A stretch of 64,000 bases of DNA from an uncultured Clostridia bacterium (GTDB lineage: Bacteria; Bacillota; Clostridia; Christensenellales; Aristaeellaceae). This document shows positions 20,444 through 29,076 of this stretch, piece by piece. A model generated the notes under the pieces. The model saw only the letters and a program-made list of their open reading frames with translations, searched no databases and had not been told where the DNA came from. Position 1 is the stretch's first letter. Every line of letters begins with the position of its first letter. The stretch spans positions 19,224 through 83,223 of the forward strand of contig CAKULG010000001.1 of the NCBI GenBank assembly GCA_934667105.1, in the 5' to 3' direction. A program made the translations under genes and the position numbers.

Positions 20444-20671
20444 TACGGCGCTCTTTATTTGCATTTTCCTTTCCCTTGCGGCTATGCACGAGGAGCATTA
20501 TTGAACAAGCGTAAGGTTCAAAAAAACGTTTGAAATTTTCGCTCGTCCCTGGTATAATAAATAGGTAGCGTGTGGCGTTTCTGCGTAAATCCAGTTGCAG
20601 AAAAGCCGCGCGTTTTTTTCGAAACGGAGGGGAGAGACGGCTGAAAATTTCATAGGCGAATCGTGCGGCAG

Positions 20672-20718
20672 AAATGCGTAAGGCCAGATTTGTGGAGGGC
20701 CTGCGCATTTATTTTTTT
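20672..20718 (+). terminator. terminator-like hairpin plus T-run just upstream of the MATE gene
   Basis: AAATGCG-TA-AGGCC ... GGCCT-GCGCATTT followed by ATTTTTTTAT. It ends 23 nt before ATG 20741. Confidence 0.5.
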
Positions 20719-20740
20719 ATGAAAGAAAGGGTGGTTTTCA

Positions 20741-22159
20741 ATGGATACCGGAAATCAGTTTTTGGGAACGGAGCGCATCGGCAAGCTCATGCGGCAGTAT
20801 GCCGTCCCCTGCGTCATTTCGCTGCTGGTGGGCGCGCTGTACAACATCGTCGATCAAATTTTCATCGCCAACGCCAGCTATCTTGGCTCCTACGGCAATG
20901 CCGCCAACACAGTCGTTTTCCCGCTGACCGTCGTGGCCTTGGCCGTCGCCGTCATGGTAGGCGACGGCTGCTGCGCCTTTGTCAGCATGGCGTTGGGCAA
21001 AGGGGAGAAGAACAAGGCAAAGCGCTGCGTTGGAAATGCCGTTGTGCTGATCGTTGGCGGCAGCCTTGTCCTGACTGCGGCGTATCTCGTTTTCGCAGAC
21101 AGCATAATCGCTCTGTTCGGCGGTACGGTTAATGCGGAAACGTATCGCTGCTCGCAGGAATACTTTTTCTATATCGCGCTGGGTCTTCCGTTCTACATGT
21201 TCGGTCAGGCTATGAACCCCATTATCCGGGCGGATGGAAGCCCCCGATTCGCCATGATTTCCACGCTGGCGGGCGCTGTTGTCAATATCATTCTGGATCC
21301 CATTTTCATCTTTATCTTCAAATGGGGCATGATGGGTGCGGCCGTCGCCACGGTTATGGGGCAGGCGGTAACGGCGCTGCTGGCTGTGTGGTATCTGCTG
21401 CATATGAAGATGATTAAGCCCGCGGGCGGCGATTATGCCCTGCGGGGGAATATCTGCGGCCGGATGCTGACGCTGGGTATCACCAGCTTTCTTTCGCAGA
21501 TCAGCCTGGTGGCGGCAATGGCGGCCATTAACAATATGCTTCGCAAATATGGCGCGCGGGACGCCGTGTTCGGGCAGGCGCAGTACGCGCAGATTCCCAT
21601 GGCCGTGGTGGGCATCGTGATGAAGTTTTTCCAGATCGTCATTTCCATCGTTGTCGGCATGGCGGCGGGCTGCATTCCCATTGTGGGCTATAACATGGGC
21701 GCGGAGAAGAAGCTGCGCGTTCGGGAACTGTTCACCAAGCTGCTGATTGCCGAGGCGCTGGTGGGCGCTGTAGCGCTGGCGCTGGCGGAGGGCTTCCCGC
21801 GGCAGCTGATTTCCATTTTCGGCGCGGCCAATGAAAGCGGCTATTATACGGATTTTGCTGTCAAGGCGTTCCGCATTTATCTGTGCATGATGGCGCTGGC
21901 CTGCGTCAACAAGGCGTGCTTTATCTTTTTGCAGGCAGTGGGCAAGGCGCTTTCGTCCACGCTGCTGTCCATGTTCCGCGAAGTGGTGTTCGGCGTTGGC
22001 TTTGCGCTGCTGCTGCCTATGTTCTTTGGCCTGGACGGCGTGCTGTATTCCATGCCGGTCTCGGATATTTTGACTTTTGTCATCGCGCTGTTTATCATCG
22101 CGAAAACATATCGCGAGCTGTCCAATCCCCGTGCGGGCGCATTAATAGAAGAAGCCTAA
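20741..22159 (+). CDS. MATE family efflux transporter
   Basis: 472 aa with 12 predicted TM segments. The N-terminus GKLMRQYAVPCVISLLVGALYNIVDQIFI is typical of MatE/NorM-like proteins. Confidence 0.88.
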   Translation: MDTGNQFLGTERIGKLMRQYAVPCVISLLVGALYNIVDQIFIANASYLGSYGNAANTVVFPLTVVALAVAVMVGDGCCAFVSMALGKGEKNKAKRCVGNAVVLIVGGSLVLTAAYLVFADSIIALFGGTVNAETYRCSQEYFFYIALGLPFYMFGQAMNPIIRADGSPRFAMISTLAGAVVNIILDPIFIFIFKWGMMGAAVATVMGQAVTALLAVWYLLHMKMIKPAGGDYALRGNICGRMLTLGITSFLSQISLVAAMAAINNMLRKYGARDAVFGQAQYAQIPMAVVGIVMKFFQIVISIVVGMAAGCIPIVGYNMGAEKKLRVRELFTKLLIAEALVGAVALALAEGFPRQLISIFGAANESGYYTDFAVKAFRIYLCMMALACVNKACFIFLQAVGKALSSTLLSMFREVVFGVGFALLLPMFFGLDGVLYSMPVSDILTFVIALFIIAKTYRELSNPRAGALIEEA

Positions 22160-22252
22160 AAAGCGGCGCGCTCGCCGCTGCAATCTGGAAATTATGCAAT
22201 AAGAATCCCCCTGGCGGCTGCTTTGGGCAGTTGCCGGGGGGATTCAGCGGAT

Positions 22253-22283
22253 GGGGGAATGCGCCAAAGAGCGATTCCCCCGC
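22253..22283 (-). repeat. intergenic hairpin repeat, truncated copy 3
   Basis: The reverse complement reads GCGGGGGAATCGCTCTTTGGCGCATTCCCCC, preceded by ATAT, directly after the SDR gene stop. An unrelated-looking hairpin GAATCCCCC...GGGGGATTC (22203-22245) lies next to it. Confidence 0.55.
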
Positions 22284-22297
22284 ATATATTTTCTCTC

Positions 22298-23047
22298 TTA
22301 CCCGCGCAGCAGGCTGCACCCGCCGTCGATGAGATAGCAATCGCCGGTGATGAAGGCCGCATCGTCGGAGCAGAGATAGAGCACCAGCTTCACCACCTCG
22401 ATGGGCTCGGCGGCCCGGCCCAGGGCGGTTTTCATATTGGCCATGGCGGCGCGGGTAAGCACGGGGCCGGGGGCCACGGCGCAGCAGCGCACGCCGTAGG
22501 GCGCGCCCAGCAGGGCGATGGAGCGGGTGAGCCCGTTCATAACGCCGCTTTTTTCCGTGCTGTAATCCGGATTGCCGGGGTCCGCAATCGCGCCGCAGAC
22601 GGAGCCCACGTTGATAATCACGCCCCGCTTGCGCGCCATCATGCCGGGCAGCGCCGCCCGGGCCATATACATGGGCGCGCGGAAATTCACCTCCACGCCC
22701 CAATCCAGCACCTCGATGGGCATTTCCACAAAGGGCGTGCCTCCGATGCCGTTCATTCGGGCGGGCGCGCCGCCGGCATAGCTGACGGTGACGTCTACGC
22801 CGCCGAATTTTTCCTCCGCCAGCTTCACGGCCTTGTCGATATCCGCATAATTGCGCACATCCACGGTCAGCCCCAGGGCGGAGCCGCCCTGGGCGCGAAT
22901 TTCCGCCGCGGCCTGCTCCACCCGGTCGGTGGAAATATCGCACAGGAGCACGTTGGCCCCCTCCTCGGCCAGCTTCTGGCTGGTGAGCAGACCCATGCCC
23001 GAGGCAGCGCCGGTGATGACGGCGGTTCTGTTTTCAAAGCGTTTCAT
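22298..23047 (-). CDS. SDR family oxidoreductase
   Basis: 249 aa with the TGAASGMG cofactor motif. Classical short-chain dehydrogenase length and layout. Confidence 0.85.
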   Translation of the reverse strand: MKRFENRTAVITGAASGMGLLTSQKLAEEGANVLLCDISTDRVEQAAAEIRAQGGSALGLTVDVRNYADIDKAVKLAEEKFGGVDVTVSYAGGAPARMNGIGGTPFVEMPIEVLDWGVEVNFRAPMYMARAALPGMMARKRGVIINVGSVCGAIADPGNPDYSTEKSGVMNGLTRSIALLGAPYGVRCCAVAPGPVLTRAAMANMKTALGRAAEPIEVVKLVLYLCSDDAAFITGDCYLIDGGCSLLRG

Positions 23048-23074
23048 GGAAAATGGCCTCCTTTTTCTCCGGCC

Positions 23075-23842
23075 TCAGCCCCGGTGCCACAGCAGCTCGT
23101 GCAGGGTGCGGCTGGCGGCCTCGGTAAGGGGCTGATTGCCCAGGTGATTTTCATCATAAACGGGGACGGTGAAGGTGAGCATACTGCCCAACACGGGGCC
23201 CACATAGCGCTGCAAGCGGGCGAAACGGCCGTTGCATAGCTGCACAAAGGGTACTTTCAGCGTGCGCTTGGCCAGCACGGTGGCCCGCAGCGCCTCCAGG
23301 AATTGCTCCTCGGTGTCCGCCAGGGTGACGATCTTGGCGATGTCCGCCCCGCGATCCTCCATCCGGTGCAGATGCTCCACGATTTCCTCGGCGGAAAGCG
23401 CTTCATTCATGTGGGAGGAAAGCAGCACCTCGCTGCCCCGCTGGTGCAGCTCGTCGATCAGGCGCATTTGCCGCCGGATGGCCTCGGGCTTCAGCGTCAG
23501 TTCCCGGGGGGAGGGATCGAACAGATCGCCCATCAGGTCGCTTCCCGCCGCGCCCTCCTCTGCCGCCTGCAATTGCAGCTCCGCCCGCTTTTCATCGGGC
23601 GCGCCGCTCAAATGATGTCCGCGATAGGTGTAGGGCATGCAGGGCCGGGGCGTGAAGGAGAAAATGCGGCGCATGGCCTCCCGGCTCCAGCCGTCGGGCC
23701 CCAGGGCGGCGAAATTGATGGCAAAGGCCTTGGCTCCGGCATGCTCCGCCATGCGCATGGCTCCCAGCAGCGCTTCCATCGTGGGCTGCTCCATCATGCC
23801 TGCGGGAAAGGGCGTTTCCAGGCGTAAAAATGAAGGCTTCAT
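23075..23842 (-). CDS. type I 3-dehydroquinate dehydratase (AroD) family protein
   Basis: The segment LSSHMNEALSAEEIVEHLHRMEDRGADIAKIVTLADTEEQFLEAL reproduces the AroD His ... Lys (KI) active-site region. It is upstream of, and co-oriented with, the SDR gene. Confidence 0.6.
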   Translation of the reverse strand: MKPSFLRLETPFPAGMMEQPTMEALLGAMRMAEHAGAKAFAINFAALGPDGWSREAMRRIFSFTPRPCMPYTYRGHHLSGAPDEKRAELQLQAAEEGAAGSDLMGDLFDPSPRELTLKPEAIRRQMRLIDELHQRGSEVLLSSHMNEALSAEEIVEHLHRMEDRGADIAKIVTLADTEEQFLEALRATVLAKRTLKVPFVQLCNGRFARLQRYVGPVLGSMLTFTVPVYDENHLGNQPLTEAASRTLHELLWHRG

Positions 23843-23974
23843 TGCGAACGCTTCCTCCCTTTTACTTGTTTCTTTCTATTCGCCATTCTACAAAAAAACG
23901 CCGCGTTTGCCCATGCAAAAAATAGAAATTTCCATGAAAAAAAGAGAGGGATGGGGAACGAAAGCTAGAAAAAA

Positions 23975-24018
23975 GCGGGGGATTATTCTTTGGGCGGCGC
24001 TCCAAAGAATACCTCCGC
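23975..24018 (-). repeat. intergenic hairpin repeat, copy 4 (hairpin only)
   Basis: The reverse complement reads GCGGAGGTATTCTTTGG-AGCGCCGCC-CAAAGAATAATCCCCCGC. It sits 13 nt after the rarA stop, with an AT-rich lead-in. Confidence 0.7.
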
Positions 24019-24030
24019 TTAGCTATTATA

Positions 24031-25320
24031 TTATTTTCCCCGGGGCTTGAGCTTGGCTTCGCTGCCCTGATCGCTGGGAAAATAATAGCGCGCGTTCAGA
24101 TGATCGTCGGGCAGATACTGCTGCGCCACCCAGTGGCCGGGATAATCGTGAGGATATTTATAATCCGTTCCGGTTTTCACGCCCAGGCGCTCGCTGCCCT
24201 TATAATTGGAATCCCGCAGGTGGGGCGGGACGGGGCCGAAGCCGCCCTTTTCCGCGTCCGCCATGGCCGCGTCGATGGCCATGACCACGGAATTGGATTT
24301 GGGGCTGTTGCAGATGGCCAGAATGGCCTGGGTGAGGGGCAGCTTGGCCTCGGGCATGCCGATCATTTCCAGGGCCTGCCCGGCGGCTACAGCCTGCAGC
24401 ATGGCGGCGGGGTTGGCCAGGCCCACATCCTCGCTGGCATGGGCGATAATGCGCCGGGCCAGCATGCGGGGATCCGCACCGGCGTAAAGCAGCCGGGAAA
24501 ACCAGAGCAGCGCCGCGTCGCTGTCGCTGCCGCGAAGCGATTTGCAGAAGGCGGAAAGCATGTCGTAAAACAGCGTGTCGTCGCAGCGAATGACGGGCTT
24601 TTGAATGCTCTCCTCCGCGATTTCAAGCGTAATGTGGATTTTTCCGCCCACGGTGGGGGTGGTCAGGGCGGCCAACTCCAGGGCGTTGAGGGCGGTGCGC
24701 ACATCGCCCCCCGCTACCCGGGCGATATGATGCAGCGCTGCTTCCTCCAATTCCACATGCATGCCGCCCAAGCCCCGCTCCGTATCCGCCGCCGCCCGCA
24801 GCAGCGCCCGCTCCACATCCTGCTGGGTGAGGGGCTCAAAGGCGAAAATGCGGCAGCGGCTCACGATGGCGGGGGTCATGGAAATCATGGGGTTTTCAGT
24901 GGTGGAGCCGATAAAGCGAATCAGCCCGCTTTCCATGGCGGGCAGAATGGAATCGGATTGCGCCTTGCTCCAGCGGTGGCATTCATCCAGCAGCAGATAG
25001 GTGGGCTGGCCGTAGAGGGCCCGGCGATCCGCCGCCTGCTTTAATTCCTCCCGCACATCCGCTACGCCGGAGGTGACGGCGTTCATTTTCACAAAGGCGG
25101 CGTTGGTCTGCTTGGCGATAATGCTGGCCAGGGTGGTTTTGCCGCAGCCGGGGGGGCCGTAGAAAATGGAGGAGGTAAGCCGGTCGGCCTCGATGGCCCG
25201 GCGCAGCAGCCGCCCCCTGCCCACGATATGCTCCTGGCCGTAAAATTCATCCAGCGTGCGCGGCCGCATGCGATCCGCCAGCGGCGCGCCCGATTGCTCG
25301 TTTTGAGAAAACAGCGTCAT
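24031..25320 (-). CDS. rarA: replication-associated recombination protein A (AAA+ ATPase)
   Basis: MTLFSQNEQSGAPLADRMRPRTLDEFYGQEHIVG...FYGPPGCGKTTLA, plus the MgsA C-terminal domain. Start at ATG 25320 behind GGAGGATCGGAT; the longer ORF-track start is rejected. Confidence 0.9.
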   Translation of the reverse strand: MTLFSQNEQSGAPLADRMRPRTLDEFYGQEHIVGRGRLLRRAIEADRLTSSIFYGPPGCGKTTLASIIAKQTNAAFVKMNAVTSGVADVREELKQAADRRALYGQPTYLLLDECHRWSKAQSDSILPAMESGLIRFIGSTTENPMISMTPAIVSRCRIFAFEPLTQQDVERALLRAAADTERGLGGMHVELEEAALHHIARVAGGDVRTALNALELAALTTPTVGGKIHITLEIAEESIQKPVIRCDDTLFYDMLSAFCKSLRGSDSDAALLWFSRLLYAGADPRMLARRIIAHASEDVGLANPAAMLQAVAAGQALEMIGMPEAKLPLTQAILAICNSPKSNSVVMAIDAAMADAEKGGFGPVPPHLRDSNYKGSERLGVKTGTDYKYPHDYPGHWVAQQYLPDDHLNARYYFPSDQGSEAKLKPRGK

Positions 25321-26078
25321 ATCCGATCCTCCGCCACCAGCGTGGCGATTTCTTTTCCTTCGCCCCAGCGAATCACATGCTCCTTTTCGCCCACGCCCAG
25401 GGACATATGCAGCAGCGCGACGCCCATATCCAAATCGCCCCCAAACCGGGCGCGGGAAAGCGCCAGCGTGCGCCCGGCGAAGGAGAGCCGCCAGGGCTGC
25501 AAATTCATGGCCGAGGGGGCGAAGCGCACGCATTCCGCCGCGCGATAGGCCCACAGGGGCCAGGCGGCGGGATCGCCCTGGCAGATTTCGGTGAGCTTTT
25601 TGCGCTTATGGCCCTCCGGCTCTTCCGCCGGAACGCCCAGCGCCAGAATGGCCGCCGTCCGTTCGTCCTCCCCCAGGGCCAGAGGAAGCCCGGCGGGCTT
25701 GAACGTGGCCAGCCAGCAGCAGCCCAGCCCCAGCGAAACCGCCTCCAGGGCCAGGGCCTCGCCGCTGACGCCCGCGTGAAGATAGGCCCGGGGCGCGCTT
25801 TGATCCACAATCAGCGCGGCGCAGCAGCCCGTGCCCGTCACGCCCCCCACCACCGGCAGGCGGCGGAAGATGCGCTCCGGTTCGCCCTCGCACAGCTCCA
25901 GCCGCACCCCGGGCAGGCAAATGCGGCCTGTGGCGTATTGCAGGGCGCTTTTCTGCGCAATATCGGGCGACCCGGAATATTTGCGCACGCTGGCGCGCCG
26001 GGAAACCGCCGTCAGAAAGCGCGCCCGCTGGGCGGGCGAATAAAAGCCGTTTAAGGCGCAGGGCTCCATGGACGTCAC
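25317..26078 (-). CDS. nitroreductase family protein
   Basis: 253 aa. RRASVRKYS near the N-terminus and the overall layout are typical of the nitroreductase fold. The stop overlaps the rarA start (ATGA). Confidence 0.6.
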   Translation of the reverse strand: MTSMEPCALNGFYSPAQRARFLTAVSRRASVRKYSGSPDIAQKSALQYATGRICLPGVRLELCEGEPERIFRRLPVVGGVTGTGCCAALIVDQSAPRAYLHAGVSGEALALEAVSLGLGCCWLATFKPAGLPLALGEDERTAAILALGVPAEEPEGHKRKKLTEICQGDPAAWPLWAYRAAECVRFAPSAMNLQPWRLSFAGRTLALSRARFGGDLDMGVALLHMSLGVGEKEHVIRWGEGKEIATLVAEDRI

Positions 26079-26367
26079 GCTCCCTCCGCGTTCTCACAGG
26101 GGGTTCAGGCCGGCGGGCCCGAGCGCCCCGGGAATGCTTTCAAAACACCTTTTAGTGTATCACGAGCGGGCGCGCGCGTCAATTGATAGAAACAATTGTT
26201 CGCAAATTTGTTAGGATTCGGCCGGTTGAAATTATCTAAAACGAATCTAACGAGAATAAAAATCTATATTAAATCCGATTTGTGCAATGCATCGTCCGAT
26301 TTGTGCAGGAAATTCCCGCGCAGGGGCGCTATAATAAAAGAAAAAAGCGAAAGGATGGAGGAAACAG

Positions 26368-27624
26368 ATGGAACGATATGACGTGCTGGTGGCGGGCGGC
26401 GGCTTTGCGGGCGCGGCGGCGGCGATTGCGGCGGCCCGGCAGGGGGCGCGGGTGCTGCTGGTGGAGCGCTATAATTGCCTGGGGGGCGCGGCCTGCAACG
26501 CGCTGGTGAATCCTTTCATGCCCTACGGAACGCATATGCCCGAGACGGGGAAATGGAAATCCCTGTGCAACGGCATTTTTGCGGAGGTTCTCTCCGGCCT
26601 GAAGGAAATGAACGCCCTGGGCGAAAACGGCATGACCTTCGACGAGGAGGCGCTGAAGCTGCTGCTAAACCGCATGGCGCTGGGGGCGGGGGTGCGGCTG
26701 CTGTTCCACGCCCAGATTGCCCAGGCGCAGATGGAAAACGGGGAAATTAAATCCGTTCTTTGCGCCACCCCCGGCGGGCCCCTGACCCTGAAAGCGGATA
26801 CCTATATCGACGCCACCGGCGACGGCACGCTTTCCATGCTGGCGGGCTGCGCCTTCCAGCTGGGCAGGGAACAGGATCAATTGTGCCAGCCCATGACCCT
26901 CTGCTTCCGGATGGACCAGGTGGACAAGGAAAAATACCGCCAGCACCGGGCGGAAATCAATCCCCTGTATCAGCGGCTTCAGCGGGAGGGCAAGATCAAG
27001 AACATCCGGGAGGACGTGTTGATTTTCGACACGCTGCATCAGGGCGTGCTGCATTTTAATTCCACCCGCATCGTGCGCCGGAATCCCACCGACGCTTTTG
27101 ATCTGACCCAGGCGGAAATCGAGGCCCGGGAGCAGGTGGACGAATTGTGGCATTTCATGCGGGAGAACATTCCTGGCTTTGAAAACAGCCGAGTGCTTTC
27201 CACCGCGCTGCAAATCGGCGCCCGGGAAAGCCGCATGATCGCCGGGGAATACCGCCTGACCCAGGAGGATTTGAAAGCCTGCACCAAGTTTCCCGACGGC
27301 ATTGCCGCGGGCAATTATGATATTGACATTCACAATCCCGAGGGCAGCGGCACCAGCCATTATTTCTTCGCCCCCGGCGCTTATTACACCATTCCCTATC
27401 GCTGCCTGCTGCCCAAGGGGACGACCAATCTGCTGGTGGCGGGCCGCTGCATTTCCTCCACCCACGAGGCCCAGGCCTCTTATCGCGTCATGCCCATCGT
27501 CTGCTGCATTGGCGAGGCTGCGGGCGTGGCCGCCGGAGTGGCCCATCAGGCCCGCGTTTCCCTGCGGGCGGTGGACATTCAGCGCGTCCGCGTCCTGCTG
27601 CAGGCGGGCGGCGCGCCGATTTAA
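26368..27624 (+). CDS. FAD-dependent oxidoreductase
   Basis: N-terminal YDVLVAGGGFAGAAAAIAAARQGARVLLVE dinucleotide-binding motif. 418 aa. GGATGGAGGAAA RBS. Confidence 0.8.
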   Translation: MERYDVLVAGGGFAGAAAAIAAARQGARVLLVERYNCLGGAACNALVNPFMPYGTHMPETGKWKSLCNGIFAEVLSGLKEMNALGENGMTFDEEALKLLLNRMALGAGVRLLFHAQIAQAQMENGEIKSVLCATPGGPLTLKADTYIDATGDGTLSMLAGCAFQLGREQDQLCQPMTLCFRMDQVDKEKYRQHRAEINPLYQRLQREGKIKNIREDVLIFDTLHQGVLHFNSTRIVRRNPTDAFDLTQAEIEAREQVDELWHFMRENIPGFENSRVLSTALQIGARESRMIAGEYRLTQEDLKACTKFPDGIAAGNYDIDIHNPEGSGTSHYFFAPGAYYTIPYRCLLPKGTTNLLVAGRCISSTHEAQASYRVMPIVCCIGEAAGVAAGVAHQARVSLRAVDIQRVRVLLQAGGAPI

Positions 27625-27712
27625 GGAAACGGAACGAGAAAAAATATTGCTGGGGAGAGTTTCCTTAGAGGCGTTTCGCTTTGCGTCCACGCGAAGGCGG
27701 GACGCGGATTTC

Positions 27713-27746
27713 GGGCGGCAAACGAAGGGTTTGCCCGCCCTTTTAA
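27713..27746 (+). terminator. intrinsic terminator after the FAD oxidoreductase gene
   Basis: GGGCGGCAAAC-GAAGG-GTTTGCCCGCCC followed by TTTTAAAA. Confidence 0.7.
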
Positions 27747-27861
27747 AATGGCTCGCTTTCAGCCTTCCATGGCGCGCATTTCAGAATAGTTTTGGCGTGC
27801 TTCGTAAGCCTTTTCGTCTCCCTCAACCCGATGGTTTTTGGGCGAAAAAACGCTCAAAATT

Positions 27862-27974
27862 TTGTCCCCGCTTGTCCCCATTTTTTGTCCCCAGTGGGGA
27901 CGAGCGAAAAGGTTTGTCCCCATTTTGTCCCCAATCGCCCGATATTTTTTTGTCCCCAGTGATTTTTGCCCCCA
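27862..27974. repeat. cluster of TTGTCCCC motifs (6 direct, 1 inverted, 1 degenerate)
   Basis: TTGTCCCC occurs at 27862, 27872, 27885, 27914, 27925 and 27950. An inverted GGGGAC lies at 27896-27901 and a degenerate TTTGCCCCC at 27966-27974. All sit in a convergent intergenic region. Confidence 0.85.
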
Positions 27975-27975
27975 A

Positions 27976-28020
27976 AAAGGCGAAAAAAGAATCGGCACTC
28001 GTTGAAAAGTGCCGATTCTT
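27976..28020 (-). terminator. intrinsic terminator of the GGGtGRT operon
   Basis: AAGAATCGGCAC-loop-GTGCCGATTCTT begins 19 nt after the stop. A T-run (TTTTTCGCCTTTTT) follows on the minus strand. Confidence 0.75.
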
Positions 28021-28038
28021 GCGTGTTTTGGTGGGATA

Positions 28039-29058
28039 TTAGCCCTTTTGCGCCTCTTCCACGGCCACAGCCACAGCCACGGTGGCGCCGACCATGGGGT
28101 TGTTGCCCATGCCGATGAGGCCCATCATTTCCACGTGAGCGGGCACGGAGGAAGAACCGGCGAACTGCGCGTCGGAGTGCATACGGCCCATGGTGTCGGT
28201 CATGCCGTAGGAGGCGGGGCCGGCGGCCATGTTATCGGGATGCAGCGTGCGGCCGGTGCCGCCGCCGGAAGCCACGGAGAAGTACTGCTTGCCCGCTTCC
28301 CAGCATTCCTTCTTATAGGTGCCGGCCACGGGGTGCTGGAAGCGGGTGGGATTGGTGGAGTTGCCGGTGATGGAAACGTCCACGCCCTCGTGCCACATGA
28401 TGGCCACGCCCTCGCGCACGTCGTCCGCGCCGTAGCAGCGAACCTTGGAGCGCTCGCCGTTGGAATAGGCGGTTTCGTTCACGATGGTCAGGGCATGATC
28501 CTGCTTCACGTCGGCGGAGAGGTAATCATACTTGGTCTGCACATAGGTGAAGCCGTTGATGCGGGAGATAATCATGGCCGCGTCCTTGCCCAGGCCGTTG
28601 AGGATGACGCGCAGGGGGTTCTTGCGCACCTTGTTGGCGTTGCGGGCGATGCCGATGGCGCCCTCGGCGGCGGCGAAGGATTCGTGACCGGCCAGGAAGG
28701 CGAAGCACTCGGTCTTTTCATCCAGCAGCATAGCGCCCAGATTGCCGTGGCCCAGGCCCACCTGGCGCTGATCGGCCACGGAGCCGGGGATGCAGAAGGC
28801 CTGCAGGCCCTCGCCGATGCACTTGGCGGCCTCGGCGGCGGTTTTCACATTCTTTTTCAGCGCGATGGCGGCGCCCAGCTCATAGGCCCACTTCGCATTT
28901 TCGAAAGCGATGGGCTGAATGCCCTCCACGATCTTATAAGCGTCCACGCCCTTGGCGTTGTTGAACGCCTTGAGCTCGTCAAAATCCTTGAAGCCGTATT
29001 TCTCCAGCACGGGCTGAAGCTGGGGCATACGCCGTTCATAACCTTCAAACAGAGCCAT
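28039..29058 (-). CDS. GGGtGRT-family protein (conserved, function unknown)
   Basis: 339 aa containing the literal motif SVASGGGTGRTLHPD that names the uncharacterised family as I recall it. Strong AAGGAGG RBS. Confidence 0.75.
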   Translation of the reverse strand: MALFEGYERRMPQLQPVLEKYGFKDFDELKAFNNAKGVDAYKIVEGIQPIAFENAKWAYELGAAIALKKNVKTAAEAAKCIGEGLQAFCIPGSVADQRQVGLGHGNLGAMLLDEKTECFAFLAGHESFAAAEGAIGIARNANKVRKNPLRVILNGLGKDAAMIISRINGFTYVQTKYDYLSADVKQDHALTIVNETAYSNGERSKVRCYGADDVREGVAIMWHEGVDVSITGNSTNPTRFQHPVAGTYKKECWEAGKQYFSVASGGGTGRTLHPDNMAAGPASYGMTDTMGRMHSDAQFAGSSSVPAHVEMMGLIGMGNNPMVGATVAVAVAVEEAQKG

Positions 29059-29076
29059 TTTCAGCGCACCTCCTTC

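Noticed and set aside
27759-27998. 79-aa minus-strand ORF with repeated WGQK / GDKMGT peptides
   Set aside because: Its repetitive peptide is just the translation of the TTGTCCCC DNA repeats. Its GTG start lies inside the terminator stem of the upstream operon, and it has no RBS.
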